A DNA stretch of 64,000 nucleotides from positions 19,346 to 83,345 of the forward strand of contig JBCDLT010000024.1 in the NCBI GenBank assembly GCA_038745065.1, given 5' to 3'. The position numbers and the translations under genes are program-made. The notes under the pieces were generated by a model that was not told the origin of the DNA, searched no databases, and saw only the letters and a program-made list of their open reading frames with translations. Source of the DNA: Pseudomonadota bacterium (lineage in GTDB: Bacteria; Pseudomonadota; Alphaproteobacteria; Rhizobiales; JANQQB01). Each line of letters opens with the position of its first letter. Position 1 is the first letter of the stretch. Positions 51,228 to 61,275 of the stretch are shown here, piece by piece.

Positions 51228-54200
51228 ATGAAACGCCTGTTCATCGGGGTCCTGGTGATTGTGGTCGGTGTCGTCGTGGCGCTTGCCGGCGTTGCCATGT
51301 TCGTGCCGGCCGACGACGTCAAGACGGAAATCGCCCGCCAGATCCGGAACAATTCCGGCTGGAACCTGCGCATTGATGGGGATATTGACGTCGGTGTCTT
51401 TCCGGGCCTGAGGCTGGAAGCCGGCGATGTCGGGCTGTCGGGACGTGCCTGGGCCGATGGCCTGGAGTTTGTCTCCGCCGATTCGGTTTCCTTCGGCCTG
51501 TCGCTGTTTCCGCTGCTGACCGGCAGTGTCGAAGTGTCGACCATCCGCCTGGAAAATCCGGTCTTCGAACTGGAAATCGACCGCAACGGCCAGACATCAT
51601 GGGATCCGCTCGATCTCGGCCCGGAGGGAACGCCGCAATCGATCGAGGACGTCATCGGCGGCACACAACAGACCGAGACGGCTGAAAGCACGCCTGCACC
51701 GGCCGAAACCGATGGTCAAGCCGGGTCTTCGGGCAGCACCTTGCCGATCGAGAACCTGCGGGTCGGATCGCTGGAGGTGGTCAACGGCACATTGTCCTAT
51801 CTCGATCGACGGACCGGACAGGGCGAAACGATCGAACAGATCGACCTGTCTGCGAGCGTGCCCTCGCTCGACAGCCGGTCGGAAATCGAAGGCAGCCTGG
51901 TCTGGCGCGGCGAGACGGTGACGCTTGCCGGCCGGATCGAGGCGCTACGCGCCTTGCTGGAGACCGGGTCCTCGGAATTGGCCGCCGATGTCGAAACGCC
52001 GAAAGGCGCCGTTTCCCTTGAAGGGGTCGTCGCCGCGGGCGCCGAAACCCTGTTCGACGGCAAGGCGGCCCTGTCGGTGCCCTCGATGCCGGATCTTGTC
52101 GCATGGGTGACCGGTTCGGCGGCTGGGGTGGCTGAATTAGGCCCTGTCAGCATTGCTGCACCGATCGTCGTGTCGCCGGCGAGCGTGAGGTCCGAAAACA
52201 TCTCCCTGGCTGTCGGCGATGCCAAGGGGTCGGGCTCTGTAGACCTGACTTTGCAGGGCGAGCGTCCCAAATTGGTCAGCCGGTTTGCGATCGACCGTCT
52301 TGATATCGATGCGTTTACGAAGGCGGATGCCGGCGCCGTTTTGCCGAAGTCGGATTTACCGCCGTTGATCAGAGCGTCGCTCGAACGGTCTTTCATTCTG
52401 GCGCAGGCCGTCCTGCCCCGCCCCAATCCGCGCCGGCGCGCAAGTCCGTCGGCGGATGCCGAAACGCCGGCGCCGCCGGCAGCGTCCTCACCGAATGCGG
52501 CATCGGCCCCACCAGCTGCCGCCGCCGCGCCGCCGCCGTCCGTACCGGCGACCGATGCCATCGATTTCAGCGGCCTGCAGGCCGCCGACGCCGAGCTTGA
52601 TATTTCGGTCGGCGAGATCATTGCGTCCGGCGTTTCGGCGCGCGATGTCGGGCTGACCGCGCGTCTCGAGGCGGGTGTGCTGACCGTGGACCTGCGCGAA
52701 GCCAACGTGTTCGGCGGCAAGACCGGCGGAAACTTCGTCCTCGATTCGGTCGCTTCGGTGCCGAAGATCGAGGGGGATATCAAGGCGGCCAACCTGAACC
52801 TCGCTTCGCTTGCCATGCTCGGCGGATATGCCGAGCCGATTGACGGTGCGCTTTCTGCCGACACGTTTTTCCGCACGTCGGGACGTTCCGTTGCGGAGTT
52901 TGTCGGCGCGCTCGATGCCGATGGAACGGTGTCCCTGCGCAACGGAACACTGGATAATTTACCGCTTGCTGAACCGCTGAAAGACCCGTCGGCCGGACGC
53001 ATCGACTATTTTGCGCTCGACCTGCGTTTTGCCGGCCGGAACCGACCGATTGTCGCTGAAGGCCAGGTGGACTGGCGTGGCGAGACGTTCCGGCTCAATG
53101 CGTCGCTCACCGCTGCACCGCTGGCGCTCGGGCAGGCGGCCCCCCTGAAGGCGGATCTCGTGTCGAGCCGTTTGTCGGCCGGGTATGATGGGCGCATCTC
53201 GGCTGCCGGGAAGGCCGACGGGGCGGTATCGCTCTCAACGCCGTCCCTGCGTTCCCTGCTTGCGTGGCTCAATCAGCCGGTGCCCGAGCTCGGTGGCCTG
53301 GGTCCGTTTGCATTCAAGGGACGCCTTGCAGCCTCGCCGGACCAGGTGTCGTTCGACGACGCCCGCGTCACGCTCGATCAGACATCCGGCACCGGTTCGG
53401 GACGGATTGCCACCGGCGGCGCCGTTCCCACGGTCGAGGCCCGGTTGTCTTTCGACACGCTCGATCTCACGCCGTATCTGGCGGGCGGCAATGCCGGTTC
53501 GGCACCATCCGGACAGCCGGGCGCGCCGGCGGCTGCGCCAGCCAACGCAGCGCCGACAAATGCGCCACCGCAAGGCGGCACGGCCTGGAGCACGGCTCCA
53601 ATCGATGTGTCCGGGCTGCGATCGGTCAATGCGACACTGGCGATGCGCGTGGAGAAACTGATCGCCGACACGATCAATGTCGGACCGGCGGCTGTCGACG
53701 TCACACTGGCCGGCGGCGTGCTGACGACCAATCTCACGGAGCTCGGGCTTTATGGCGGGGGCGGGGAGGCACAGCTGGTGGTCGATGCCGCGAAGGCGCC
53801 GCCGGTATTCAGTGCAAGAGGCCGGGTGAGCGGTATCAACGCCTATCCGTTCCTGCGGGATGTCGCCGGTTTCGAGCGGATCGAAGGTATCGGCGACGTC
53901 AGTTTCGATCTTGCGGCCTCGGGCGGCAACGAGGCGGCCCTTGCGGCATCCCTCGACGGGGTCGCCGCCTTCCAGTTCCGGGACGGGGCGCTGCGCGGTA
54001 TAAACATCCCGCGTATGGTGCGCGGCCTGTCGACGGATATTCTCAACGGATGGCAGCAATCTGCCGCAGAGAAAACCGATTTCAGTTCGCTCAGCGCCTC
54101 CTTCACGATTACCGACGGCGTTGCCGTCAACAACGACCTGTCGATGATCGGGCCGCTGGTCAAGGTTGCCGGCGCGGGAACCACATCCATGCCACCGCGC

Positions 54201-54587
54201 ACGCTGGCCTGGCGGGTGGAACCTGAAGTGGTCGGGACATTGCTTGGCCAGGGACGCAGCGGCGACTTTGCCGGGTTCGGCGTGCCCATCGTGATCGAAG
54301 GATCCTGGGACAGTCCGCGCATTTATCCCGACATTGCAGGCATCCTTCAGAATCCGGGAGCGGCCTACGATCAGTTGCGCCAGCTCGGAGGCGGCGTGTT
54401 CGGCGGTATTGATCCGTTGAACGGCGGCTCGGCCGAAGCCGCGCAGGAACGGCTCAAACAACGGATCGAAAAGCAGACAGGTATCAATGTCGATTCGGTT
54501 GTCCAGGACGGCAAGATCGACAAGGACAAGGCGGTCGATGAAGCCGTAAAGGGCATCATCTCGATCTTCGGCGACCGCGATCGCTGA
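51228..54587 (+). CDS. Long AsmA-family protein with internal duplication
   Basis: N-terminal TM anchor, LSLFPLLTGSVEVSTIRLENP AsmA motif, C-terminal DGALRGINIP...TDFSSLSASF...VPIVIEGSWDSP. Confidence 0.87.
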   Translation: MKRLFIGVLVIVVGVVVALAGVAMFVPADDVKTEIARQIRNNSGWNLRIDGDIDVGVFPGLRLEAGDVGLSGRAWADGLEFVSADSVSFGLSLFPLLTGSVEVSTIRLENPVFELEIDRNGQTSWDPLDLGPEGTPQSIEDVIGGTQQTETAESTPAPAETDGQAGSSGSTLPIENLRVGSLEVVNGTLSYLDRRTGQGETIEQIDLSASVPSLDSRSEIEGSLVWRGETVTLAGRIEALRALLETGSSELAADVETPKGAVSLEGVVAAGAETLFDGKAALSVPSMPDLVAWVTGSAAGVAELGPVSIAAPIVVSPASVRSENISLAVGDAKGSGSVDLTLQGERPKLVSRFAIDRLDIDAFTKADAGAVLPKSDLPPLIRASLERSFILAQAVLPRPNPRRRASPSADAETPAPPAASSPNAASAPPAAAAAPPPSVPATDAIDFSGLQAADAELDISVGEIIASGVSARDVGLTARLEAGVLTVDLREANVFGGKTGGNFVLDSVASVPKIEGDIKAANLNLASLAMLGGYAEPIDGALSADTFFRTSGRSVAEFVGALDADGTVSLRNGTLDNLPLAEPLKDPSAGRIDYFALDLRFAGRNRPIVAEGQVDWRGETFRLNASLTAAPLALGQAAPLKADLVSSRLSAGYDGRISAAGKADGAVSLSTPSLRSLLAWLNQPVPELGGLGPFAFKGRLAASPDQVSFDDARVTLDQTSGTGSGRIATGGAVPTVEARLSFDTLDLTPYLAGGNAGSAPSGQPGAPAAAPANAAPTNAPPQGGTAWSTAPIDVSGLRSVNATLAMRVEKLIADTINVGPAAVDVTLAGGVLTTNLTELGLYGGGGEAQLVVDAAKAPPVFSARGRVSGINAYPFLRDVAGFERIEGIGDVSFDLAASGGNEAALAASLDGVAAFQFRDGALRGINIPRMVRGLSTDILNGWQQSAAEKTDFSSLSASFTITDGVAVNNDLSMIGPLVKVAGAGTTSMPPRTLAWRVEPEVVGTLLGQGRSGDFAGFGVPIVIEGSWDSPRIYPDIAGILQNPGAAYDQLRQLGGGVFGGIDPLNGGSAEAAQERLKQRIEKQTGINVDSVVQDGKIDKDKAVDEAVKGIISIFGDRDR

Positions 54588-54651
54588 GACGGTTACCCTC
54601 TTGGAGCGTCGCCCCTTTTCTATCGATCCCGAATGGCGTAGAGTGAACTGA

Positions 54652-54672
54652 TTTTGCTCAAAATGAGTATAA
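54652..54672. promoter_or_regulatory. NadQ-type operator upstream of nadE
   Basis: TTTTGCTCA-AAA-TGAGTATAA resembles palindrome TTATRCTCA-N3-TGAGYATAA; 9 bp before nadE ATG. Confidence 0.7.
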
Positions 54673-54681
54673 GTAACGCTC

Positions 54682-56706
54682 ATGTCCTTCTTCTCGCCGT
54701 TCACGCACGGATTTCTTCGGGTGGCGACCGCCACCCCGCGCTGCCATATTGCCGACCCGGTCCGAAACGCAGACGAGACGCTGGCGCTGGCCCATGACGC
54801 CGATACCGGCCATGTCGATCTGGTCGTTTTTCCGGAACTGGGCCTAACCGGCTATACCAATGACGACTTGTTCCTGCAGGAGGCCATGCACACGGCTGCC
54901 GAGGAGGCGCTCCGGCAGATCGTCGACGCGAGTGTCGACCTGCATCCCGTTCTGGTCGTCGGCATGCCGAAAGTCATTCAGGGACAATTGTTCAACCTGG
55001 CGATCGTCGTGCATCGCGGGCGCATTCTCGGCGCGGTTCCGAAACTCTTCCTGCCGACCTATCGGGAATTCTACGAGAAGCGGCAATTCTCCGGCGCGGA
55101 TTCGCTGACGGCGACGGAAACGCATCTGGCGGGGCAGACCGTGCCGGTGGGCCTTGACCTGCTTTTCGAGGCCGACGACGTAGCCGGTTTCGTCTTGTCC
55201 CTGGAAATCTGCGAGGACGTCTGGGCGCCGATCCCGCCAAGCGCCGTAACTGCGCTTGGCGGCGCCACCGTGATCGCAAACCTGTCGGCCAGTAACGTCG
55301 TGATCGGCAAATCCGATTATCGGCACGCGCTGTGCCGGGTGCATTCGGCACGCACGATGGCGGCCTATCTGTATTCCGCGGCCGGGCGAGGCGAATCGTC
55401 GACCGACCTGTCGTGGGACGGCCATGCGATGATCTACGAAAACGGTCACCTGCTTGCCGAATCGGAGCGGTTTTCGACCGATCCGCAGCTTGCCGTCGCC
55501 GATGTCGATCTCGATCTTCTCAATCTGGAGCGGGCACGCCACAACACCTTTGCCGACAACGCGGCGCGCTACAGCACCGAGATCGCCGCGCTGCGTCGGA
55601 TCGGATTTACGCTGGGCCGGGTGGCGGCGCCGATAACCCCGTTGCGCCGTCCGATTTCCCGTTACCCTTTCATTCCCGACGATCAGGACAAACGCGACGA
55701 ATTGTGTTTCGAAGCCTACAACATACAGGTCTACGGCTTGCGGACACGGCTTGAGGCGACGGGGATCAAAAAAATCGTCATCGGGGTCTCGGGCGGTCTC
55801 GATTCAACCCAAGCCTTGATCGTGGCGGCCCGGGCCTTCGATCAACTGGGTCTGCCGCGCGAAAACATTCTCGCCTATACGCTCCCGGCCTTTGCCACCA
55901 GCGATCACACAAAATCCAATGCCTGGGCCCTGATGCGGGCGCTTAAGGTGTCGGCGGGCGAAATCGACATGGAACCGTCGGCAATGCAGACCCTCAAGGA
56001 CATCGGACACCCGTTTGCCGATGGCAAACCGCATTACGATGTCACGTTCGAAAACGTCCAGGCCGGTGCCCGCACCGCACTGCTCTTCCGATTGGCGAAC
56101 AAGGAAGGCGGTCTTGTGCTCGGGACCGGGGATCTTTCGGAACTGGCGCTCGGCTGGTCGACCTATGGCGTCGGCGATCACATGTCCCACTACAACGTCA
56201 ACGGATCGGTCGCCAAGACCCTGATCCAGCACCTCATCCGATGGGTTGTCGCCCGTAACGAGTTCGGCGATGACGCGTCGGCCGTCCTGCAATCGATCGT
56301 CGACACGGAGATCTCACCTGAACTGGTCCCGGGCGCCGAGAGCGGCGGGTCCGGTCCGGCGCAACGCACCGAAGATTTTGTCGGACCCTACGCGCTGCAG
56401 GATTTCAATCTGTTCTATACGACGCGGTACGGCCTCAGGCCGTCGAAGGTGGCCTATCTGTGCCATCACGCCTGGGGTCCGGAATCCGGAGAGGGCGCCT
56501 ATTCGCTGGCGGAGATCAGACGATGGGCGCAGGTTTTCCTGAAACGCTTTTTCCAGACCAGCCAATTCAAGCGGTCGGCCGTGCCGAACGGGCCGAAAGT
56601 CGCCTCCGGCGGCTCGCTCTCGCCACGCGGCGATTGGCGGGCGCCGAGCGATTCCCGGGCGGATATGTGGCTCGCCGAACTGGATGGGAATGTGCCGGAA
56701 ACCTGA
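54682..56706 (+). CDS. nadE: Glutamine-dependent NAD+ synthetase
   Basis: Nitrilase domain ([19 protein letters not shown]) fused to synthetase ([22 protein letters not shown]). Confidence 0.97.
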   Translation: MSFFSPFTHGFLRVATATPRCHIADPVRNADETLALAHDADTGHVDLVVFPELGLTGYTNDDLFLQEAMHTAAEEALRQIVDASVDLHPVLVVGMPKVIQGQLFNLAIVVHRGRILGAVPKLFLPTYREFYEKRQFSGADSLTATETHLAGQTVPVGLDLLFEADDVAGFVLSLEICEDVWAPIPPSAVTALGGATVIANLSASNVVIGKSDYRHALCRVHSARTMAAYLYSAAGRGESSTDLSWDGHAMIYENGHLLAESERFSTDPQLAVADVDLDLLNLERARHNTFADNAARYSTEIAALRRIGFTLGRVAAPITPLRRPISRYPFIPDDQDKRDELCFEAYNIQVYGLRTRLEATGIKKIVIGVSGGLDSTQALIVAARAFDQLGLPRENILAYTLPAFATSDHTKSNAWALMRALKVSAGEIDMEPSAMQTLKDIGHPFADGKPHYDVTFENVQAGARTALLFRLANKEGGLVLGTGDLSELALGWSTYGVGDHMSHYNVNGSVAKTLIQHLIRWVVARNEFGDDASAVLQSIVDTEISPELVPGAESGGSGPAQRTEDFVGPYALQDFNLFYTTRYGLRPSKVAYLCHHAWGPESGEGAYSLAEIRRWAQVFLKRFFQTSQFKRSAVPNGPKVASGGSLSPRGDWRAPSDSRADMWLAELDGNVPET

Positions 56707-56784
56707 CGCTCGGCTCTTTGCCTTCGGCGAACGACGACCTCAGATCCTTACCAATTGGTTTCGCGGACCGCGAAATTCCGTCTC

Positions 56785-57174
56785 GAATCGGGACAAGGTC
56801 CTGACCCGGTGTCGGGCCCGTCAGCGGGCGGGCATCCCTCCCGACACCGAGACGGTCGCTCTTCGGGCCTGTTTTCGGGGATTTCGCGCGGATCAAAGCA
56901 AAAACATCCGCGGGTCCGCGATTCGTTTGGTATTCGTTCCCGTTTGAATCTATTCGTGAACGGGGTCGACGCCGGGATGCCAGCCTGGAAAATATTTTGT
57001 TAACCTCTTGACTCTTTTCGATTCGGCGAATCGGACCGAAGACTCGGAAATCGGGCAACTTTAGGCTAAAGATTCAATATATCGTGCTTCGAACACAGAA
57101 AATCACACATCTTGTATGGAACAAATCCTGAATCACGCTGAGTCAGCGATTCGGTCAGTCTTTGTTCTAGACTC
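56785..57174. promoter_or_regulatory. Dense cluster of 12 GANTC sites
   Basis: Sites at 56785, 56920, 56946, 57010, 57020, 57028, 57041, 57071, 57130, 57140, 57148, 57170 (counted by eye). Confidence 0.85.
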
Positions 57175-57178
57175 GTTC
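57164..57178. promoter_or_regulatory. Alphaproteobacterial LexA (SOS) box
   Basis: GTTC-TAGACTC-GTTC exact GTTC-N7-GTTC; near match GAAC-N7-GAAT at 57119-57133. Confidence 0.65.
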
Positions 57179-57360
57179 CGAAGCTGACCGGGCGAAAGGC
57201 GTGCAACAAAAAATCCTTCCTGACCGGCAAAAGCCGTGGCTGACCCGTCGCTCTGTGCTATGTGAGCCCAAACGCCATAGCAAAGGCAGCCGGAACACGT
57301 ATCGGCAGCCTCGGCATGAGTGACGACTGGCCATCGTAGACGCACCTGGATCAATCCCGA

Positions 57361-60300
57361 ATGTCTGGTTTTTCCCAACCGGTTTCCGGTTCTTCGCGGT
57401 CGAATCGCAATCGTTTGGTGACCGCCGTACTTGGCCCGACCAATACCGGCAAGACGCACCTGGCGATTGAGCGCATGCTCGGCCATGAGACGGGCATGAT
57501 CGGATTGCCGCTCCGATTGCTGGCCCGCGAGGTCTATACAAAGATCGCCGGCCGGATCGGAGAGAACGCCGTCGCGCTCGTCACCGGGGAGGAGAAGATC
57601 CTGCCGGCGGAGCCCCGATACTGGGTCTGCACCGTCGAGGCAATGCCGCTCGATACCGACGTTGCGTTTGTCGCCATCGACGAAGTGCAACTGGCCGGTG
57701 ATCTGGAGCGCGGCCATGTCTTTACCGATCGGATCCTGAACCTGCGCGGCCAGCAGGAGACCCTTTTGCTCGGAGCCGCGACGATGCGCGGTATCCTGGA
57801 GCGCATCGTTCCCGGCATCAATGTCATCACCCGACCGCGCATGTCGGTGCTTGCCTATAGCGGGCAGAAAAAGATTACACGGCTCCCGCCACGCTCGGCG
57901 ATCGTCGCGTTCTCGTCAGACGAAGTTTATGCGATCGCAGAACTGGTGCGCCGACAACGCGGCGGCGCCGCGGTGGTCATGGGCGCGCTCAGCCCGCGTA
58001 CCCGCAATGCCCAGGTGGCGCTCTACCAATCCGGAGACGTCGATTTTCTGATTGCGACCGACGCGATCGGGATGGGGCTCAACCTGGACGTCGATCATGT
58101 GGCCTTTGCGTCGGACAGGAAGTTCGACGGATACCAGTACCGGTCGCTGACCCCGGCCGAACTCGGCCAGATTTCCGGTCGCGCCGGTCGGCATATGAAA
58201 GACGGCACGTTCGGCGTGACCGGGCGCGTCGATCCGTTTCCGGACGACGTGGTCGATGCACTCGAAAGCCATGCGTTCCAACCGGTCTCGATCCTGCAAT
58301 GGCGCGAGCGCAAACTCGATACGTCAAGCGTTGCGGCCTTGCGGGCTTCGCTCGATACCGTTCCAGGCATTCAGGGCCTCACCCGGGCCCCGGCGGCATC
58401 CGATATCGTGGCGCTCGATCACGCCATGAAAGACGACGAGGTCATCGACCTCGCTACCGGGTCCGAACGGGTGGCCTTGCTCTGGACAGCATGCCAGCTT
58501 CCGGACTACCGGAAAATCGCACCCGCCAACCACTACGAACTCATCCACGCGATCTTCACGCAGATCGCCCGATCCGGTCATGTCGATCCGGACTGGTTCG
58601 ACACCCAGGTCAAACAATGCGCCAATACCAATGGCGATATCGATGCGCTGGCCAACCGGATTGCCCATATCCGGACCTGGACCTATTTGGCCAACCGACC
58701 CGACTGGCTGGCGGATGCCGAAACCTGGCGGGAAAACACACGGGCGATCGAGGATACGCTTTCCGACGCGCTGCACGATCGCCTGATCCAGCGCTTTGTC
58801 GACCGGCGGACCAGCGTCCTGATGAAACGGCTACGGGAAAATGCAATGCTTGAAGCCGACATAAACGATGCCGGCGATATCGTGGTGGAAGGCGAGCATA
58901 TCGGCCACCTCGAAGGCTTCCGGTTTACCCCGGCGTCGCGTGGCGACAGCGCGGAGGCAAAGGCCGTTCGCGCGGCCGCGATGAAGGCATTGGCGGAGGA
59001 AATCGGCCGGCGGGCGGATCGCATGGCTGCGGCCGACAACGCAGCCTTCGTCCTGGCGGCCGGCAAGACCATCCGCTGGCAGGGGGCTGCGGTGGCCAAG
59101 CTGGCGGCGTCGGACGATCCGCTGAAACCGCGCGTGATCCCGCTTGCGGACGAACATCTGACCGGTCCGGCGCTGGAAAAGGTGCAAAAGCGTCTGGACA
59201 CATGGCTCGCGGCCCATATCGAAGGAGCCTTGAAACCGTTGCTCGACCTGCGGGACGCTGCGGATCTGACAGGTATTGCCCGCGGTGTGGCCTTCCGGCT
59301 CGTTGAGAATTTCGGCAACATCGCCCGCACCGAAATCGGCGAGGACATCCGCAAGCTTGACCAGGAGACCCGTGCCGTGATGCGCCGTTACGGCATCCGT
59401 TTCGGTGCGTACACGATCTATGTACCGGTTCTTCTGAAGCCGGCACCGAGCCAATTGCTCGCCGAATTGTGGGCGCTCGCCCAACCCGAGGACGACGTGC
59501 CCGGATTGCAGGAGATTCCGCAATTGTCCGCTTCGGGCCGAACCTCGGTGCCTGTCGATGCGTCGTTCGCGTCGGAAATGTACCGGATTGTCGGGTATCG
59601 GGTCTGCGGCGCGCGCGCCGTCCGGATCGACATTCTCGAACGGCTGGCCGACCTGATCCGTCCGCTGATCGCATGGCGCGCCAGCGAGACGCAGCCGACA
59701 CCGCCGGACGGGGCGATCGAGCGCGGCGGCGGCTTTACCGTGACCGTGGCGATGACCTCGCTGCTCGGTTGTTCGGGGGAGGACTTCGCAGGAATATTGA
59801 AGACCATCGGATACCGCGTGCAACGGGTTCCGAGGCCAGTGCCGCCAGTGCCTCATGCCGACACGTCCCTCACAAATGGGTCGGCCGAGGGAGGCGCCAC
59901 AGCGCTTCAAAATGGTGAGGCGGCGACCGCCGCCGAAAACGGCCTTGCAGACAGTCCTGAAGCAACCGACGCCCTGCCGGCTGTCGATGGCGTGGACGCC
60001 TTGGCGAATGCCGCTGTTGCCGAAACCGGCAGCGCGCCGGCTGAGGCGTCTCCGGCAGCGCAGGAAACCGACGCGGTTCAGGTTGGCGAACAGGACGGGA
60101 CGGATAGGCCGCTCGATGCGGTTGCCTTAGTGGCTGAAGGTCCGGCAACCGATAATGGCGGAGCACCGGAAACCGACGGCGACGGTTCTGCGATCGACGG
60201 CGACGCAGCGGAAACGCGCCAGGCCGTATCAAATGCCGAAGATGTCCCGGATTTCATCGAAATCTGGCGACCGGGCGGGGATCGGCAGCGCAACGCGCGT

Positions 60301-60552
60301 TCCCGGAACAAACCAAAGGCCGGCAAGACCTCGGATGCAGGGCGGGGCTCGCGCCGGCCCGCAGGCAAATCCGGCGGCCGCGGCGATCGCGATCAGGAGC
60401 GCAGGGCTTCCGGAGACAAAGGCGGAAAACGGCCGCCGCGAAAGGACGGTCAGGGCGGCAGGAATGCCCGCCCCGAAAAACCGCTTGATCCGGATTCTCC
60501 CTTCGCCGCGCTTGCCGCGCTGAAAGCCAGCATGGAAAAAGATCAAAAGTGA
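57361..60552 (+). CDS. SF2 helicase, SUV3/MgpS-like
   Basis: LGPTNTGKT, PLRLLARE, IDEVQ, ATDAIGMGLN, QISGRAGR, C-terminal PDSPFAALAALK. Confidence 0.92.
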   Translation: MSGFSQPVSGSSRSNRNRLVTAVLGPTNTGKTHLAIERMLGHETGMIGLPLRLLAREVYTKIAGRIGENAVALVTGEEKILPAEPRYWVCTVEAMPLDTDVAFVAIDEVQLAGDLERGHVFTDRILNLRGQQETLLLGAATMRGILERIVPGINVITRPRMSVLAYSGQKKITRLPPRSAIVAFSSDEVYAIAELVRRQRGGAAVVMGALSPRTRNAQVALYQSGDVDFLIATDAIGMGLNLDVDHVAFASDRKFDGYQYRSLTPAELGQISGRAGRHMKDGTFGVTGRVDPFPDDVVDALESHAFQPVSILQWRERKLDTSSVAALRASLDTVPGIQGLTRAPAASDIVALDHAMKDDEVIDLATGSERVALLWTACQLPDYRKIAPANHYELIHAIFTQIARSGHVDPDWFDTQVKQCANTNGDIDALANRIAHIRTWTYLANRPDWLADAETWRENTRAIEDTLSDALHDRLIQRFVDRRTSVLMKRLRENAMLEADINDAGDIVVEGEHIGHLEGFRFTPASRGDSAEAKAVRAAAMKALAEEIGRRADRMAAADNAAFVLAAGKTIRWQGAAVAKLAASDDPLKPRVIPLADEHLTGPALEKVQKRLDTWLAAHIEGALKPLLDLRDAADLTGIARGVAFRLVENFGNIARTEIGEDIRKLDQETRAVMRRYGIRFGAYTIYVPVLLKPAPSQLLAELWALAQPEDDVPGLQEIPQLSASGRTSVPVDASFASEMYRIVGYRVCGARAVRIDILERLADLIRPLIAWRASETQPTPPDGAIERGGGFTVTVAMTSLLGCSGEDFAGILKTIGYRVQRVPRPVPPVPHADTSLTNGSAEGGATALQNGEAATAAENGLADSPEATDALPAVDGVDALANAAVAETGSAPAEASPAAQETDAVQVGEQDGTDRPLDAVALVAEGPATDNGGAPETDGDGSAIDGDAAETRQAVSNAEDVPDFIEIWRPGGDRQRNARSRNKPKAGKTSDAGRGSRRPAGKSGGRGDRDQERRASGDKGGKRPPRKDGQGGRNARPEKPLDPDSPFAALAALKASMEKDQK

Positions 60553-60962
60553 CCGACAGCGCCGCGATCGAACGCCAGCGGATTGACAAGTGGTTGTGGC
60601 ACGCCCGGATCGTCAAGACGCGCACGCTGGCGCAAAGAATTGTCGGTGGCGGAAAAGTCCGTGTGAATCGGGACAAGGTTGTCGCGTCAAGCGCCTCGGT
60701 GCGGGTCGGTGACGTACTCACAATCACGCTGTTGAAGCGTGTCTTGGTCCTCGAGGTCGTCGGGTTCTGTGACCGAAGGGGTCCGGCGAGCCTGGCGCAA
60801 ACGCTCTACGAAGACCTATCCGCCCCGGCGCCGGTCAGAGGCACGGAGGACCCCTCTGCAGCGGCCGACGCGGCGGTCCATCCCGGTGGTCTGGCGGGCG
60901 GGAGACCGAACAAACGGGACCGCAGACGTCTCGCCAACCTGAAAAAAACCGAATCCGGATAA
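60549..60962 (+). CDS. hslR: S4-domain ribosome-associated heat shock protein Hsp15-like
   Basis: [27 protein letters not shown]; GTGA overlap with helicase. Confidence 0.88.
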   Translation: MTDSAAIERQRIDKWLWHARIVKTRTLAQRIVGGGKVRVNRDKVVASSASVRVGDVLTITLLKRVLVLEVVGFCDRRGPASLAQTLYEDLSAPAPVRGTEDPSAAADAAVHPGGLAGGRPNKRDRRRLANLKKTESG

Positions 60963-61275
60963 GTCTCCTGCCGCGTTGTCAGGCTCGGTTGTGCAAGCAA
61001 TTTGCCGGTCCACGATGATCGGGACCGGCTGTTCGCCGCTGCGTTTCACGTCGGCCGACGACGCATCCGGTAAAACGTCGCCTTGCCTTTTTTGGCAAAA
61101 TTGCTACGTCCTGCGGGAACCCACAGGATCGCCGCTGGCGAAAGCCGCGAAGGCGGGCCAAACCGGCGGGCTACCGTCAGCCGACTGGCAAATGGTACGG
61201 GGTGCCGCGATCAGTCAGGCCGACCGGTTGTTTCCGGAACGCGCCTCGCAGGGCAACACGATAAGGGAGAGGTCG

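Noticed and set aside
56707-57360. GANTC-rich region as chromosomal replication origin
   Set aside because: No DnaA boxes (TTATCCACA-like) seen and neighbours are not the usual hemE/parAB/dnaA origin context
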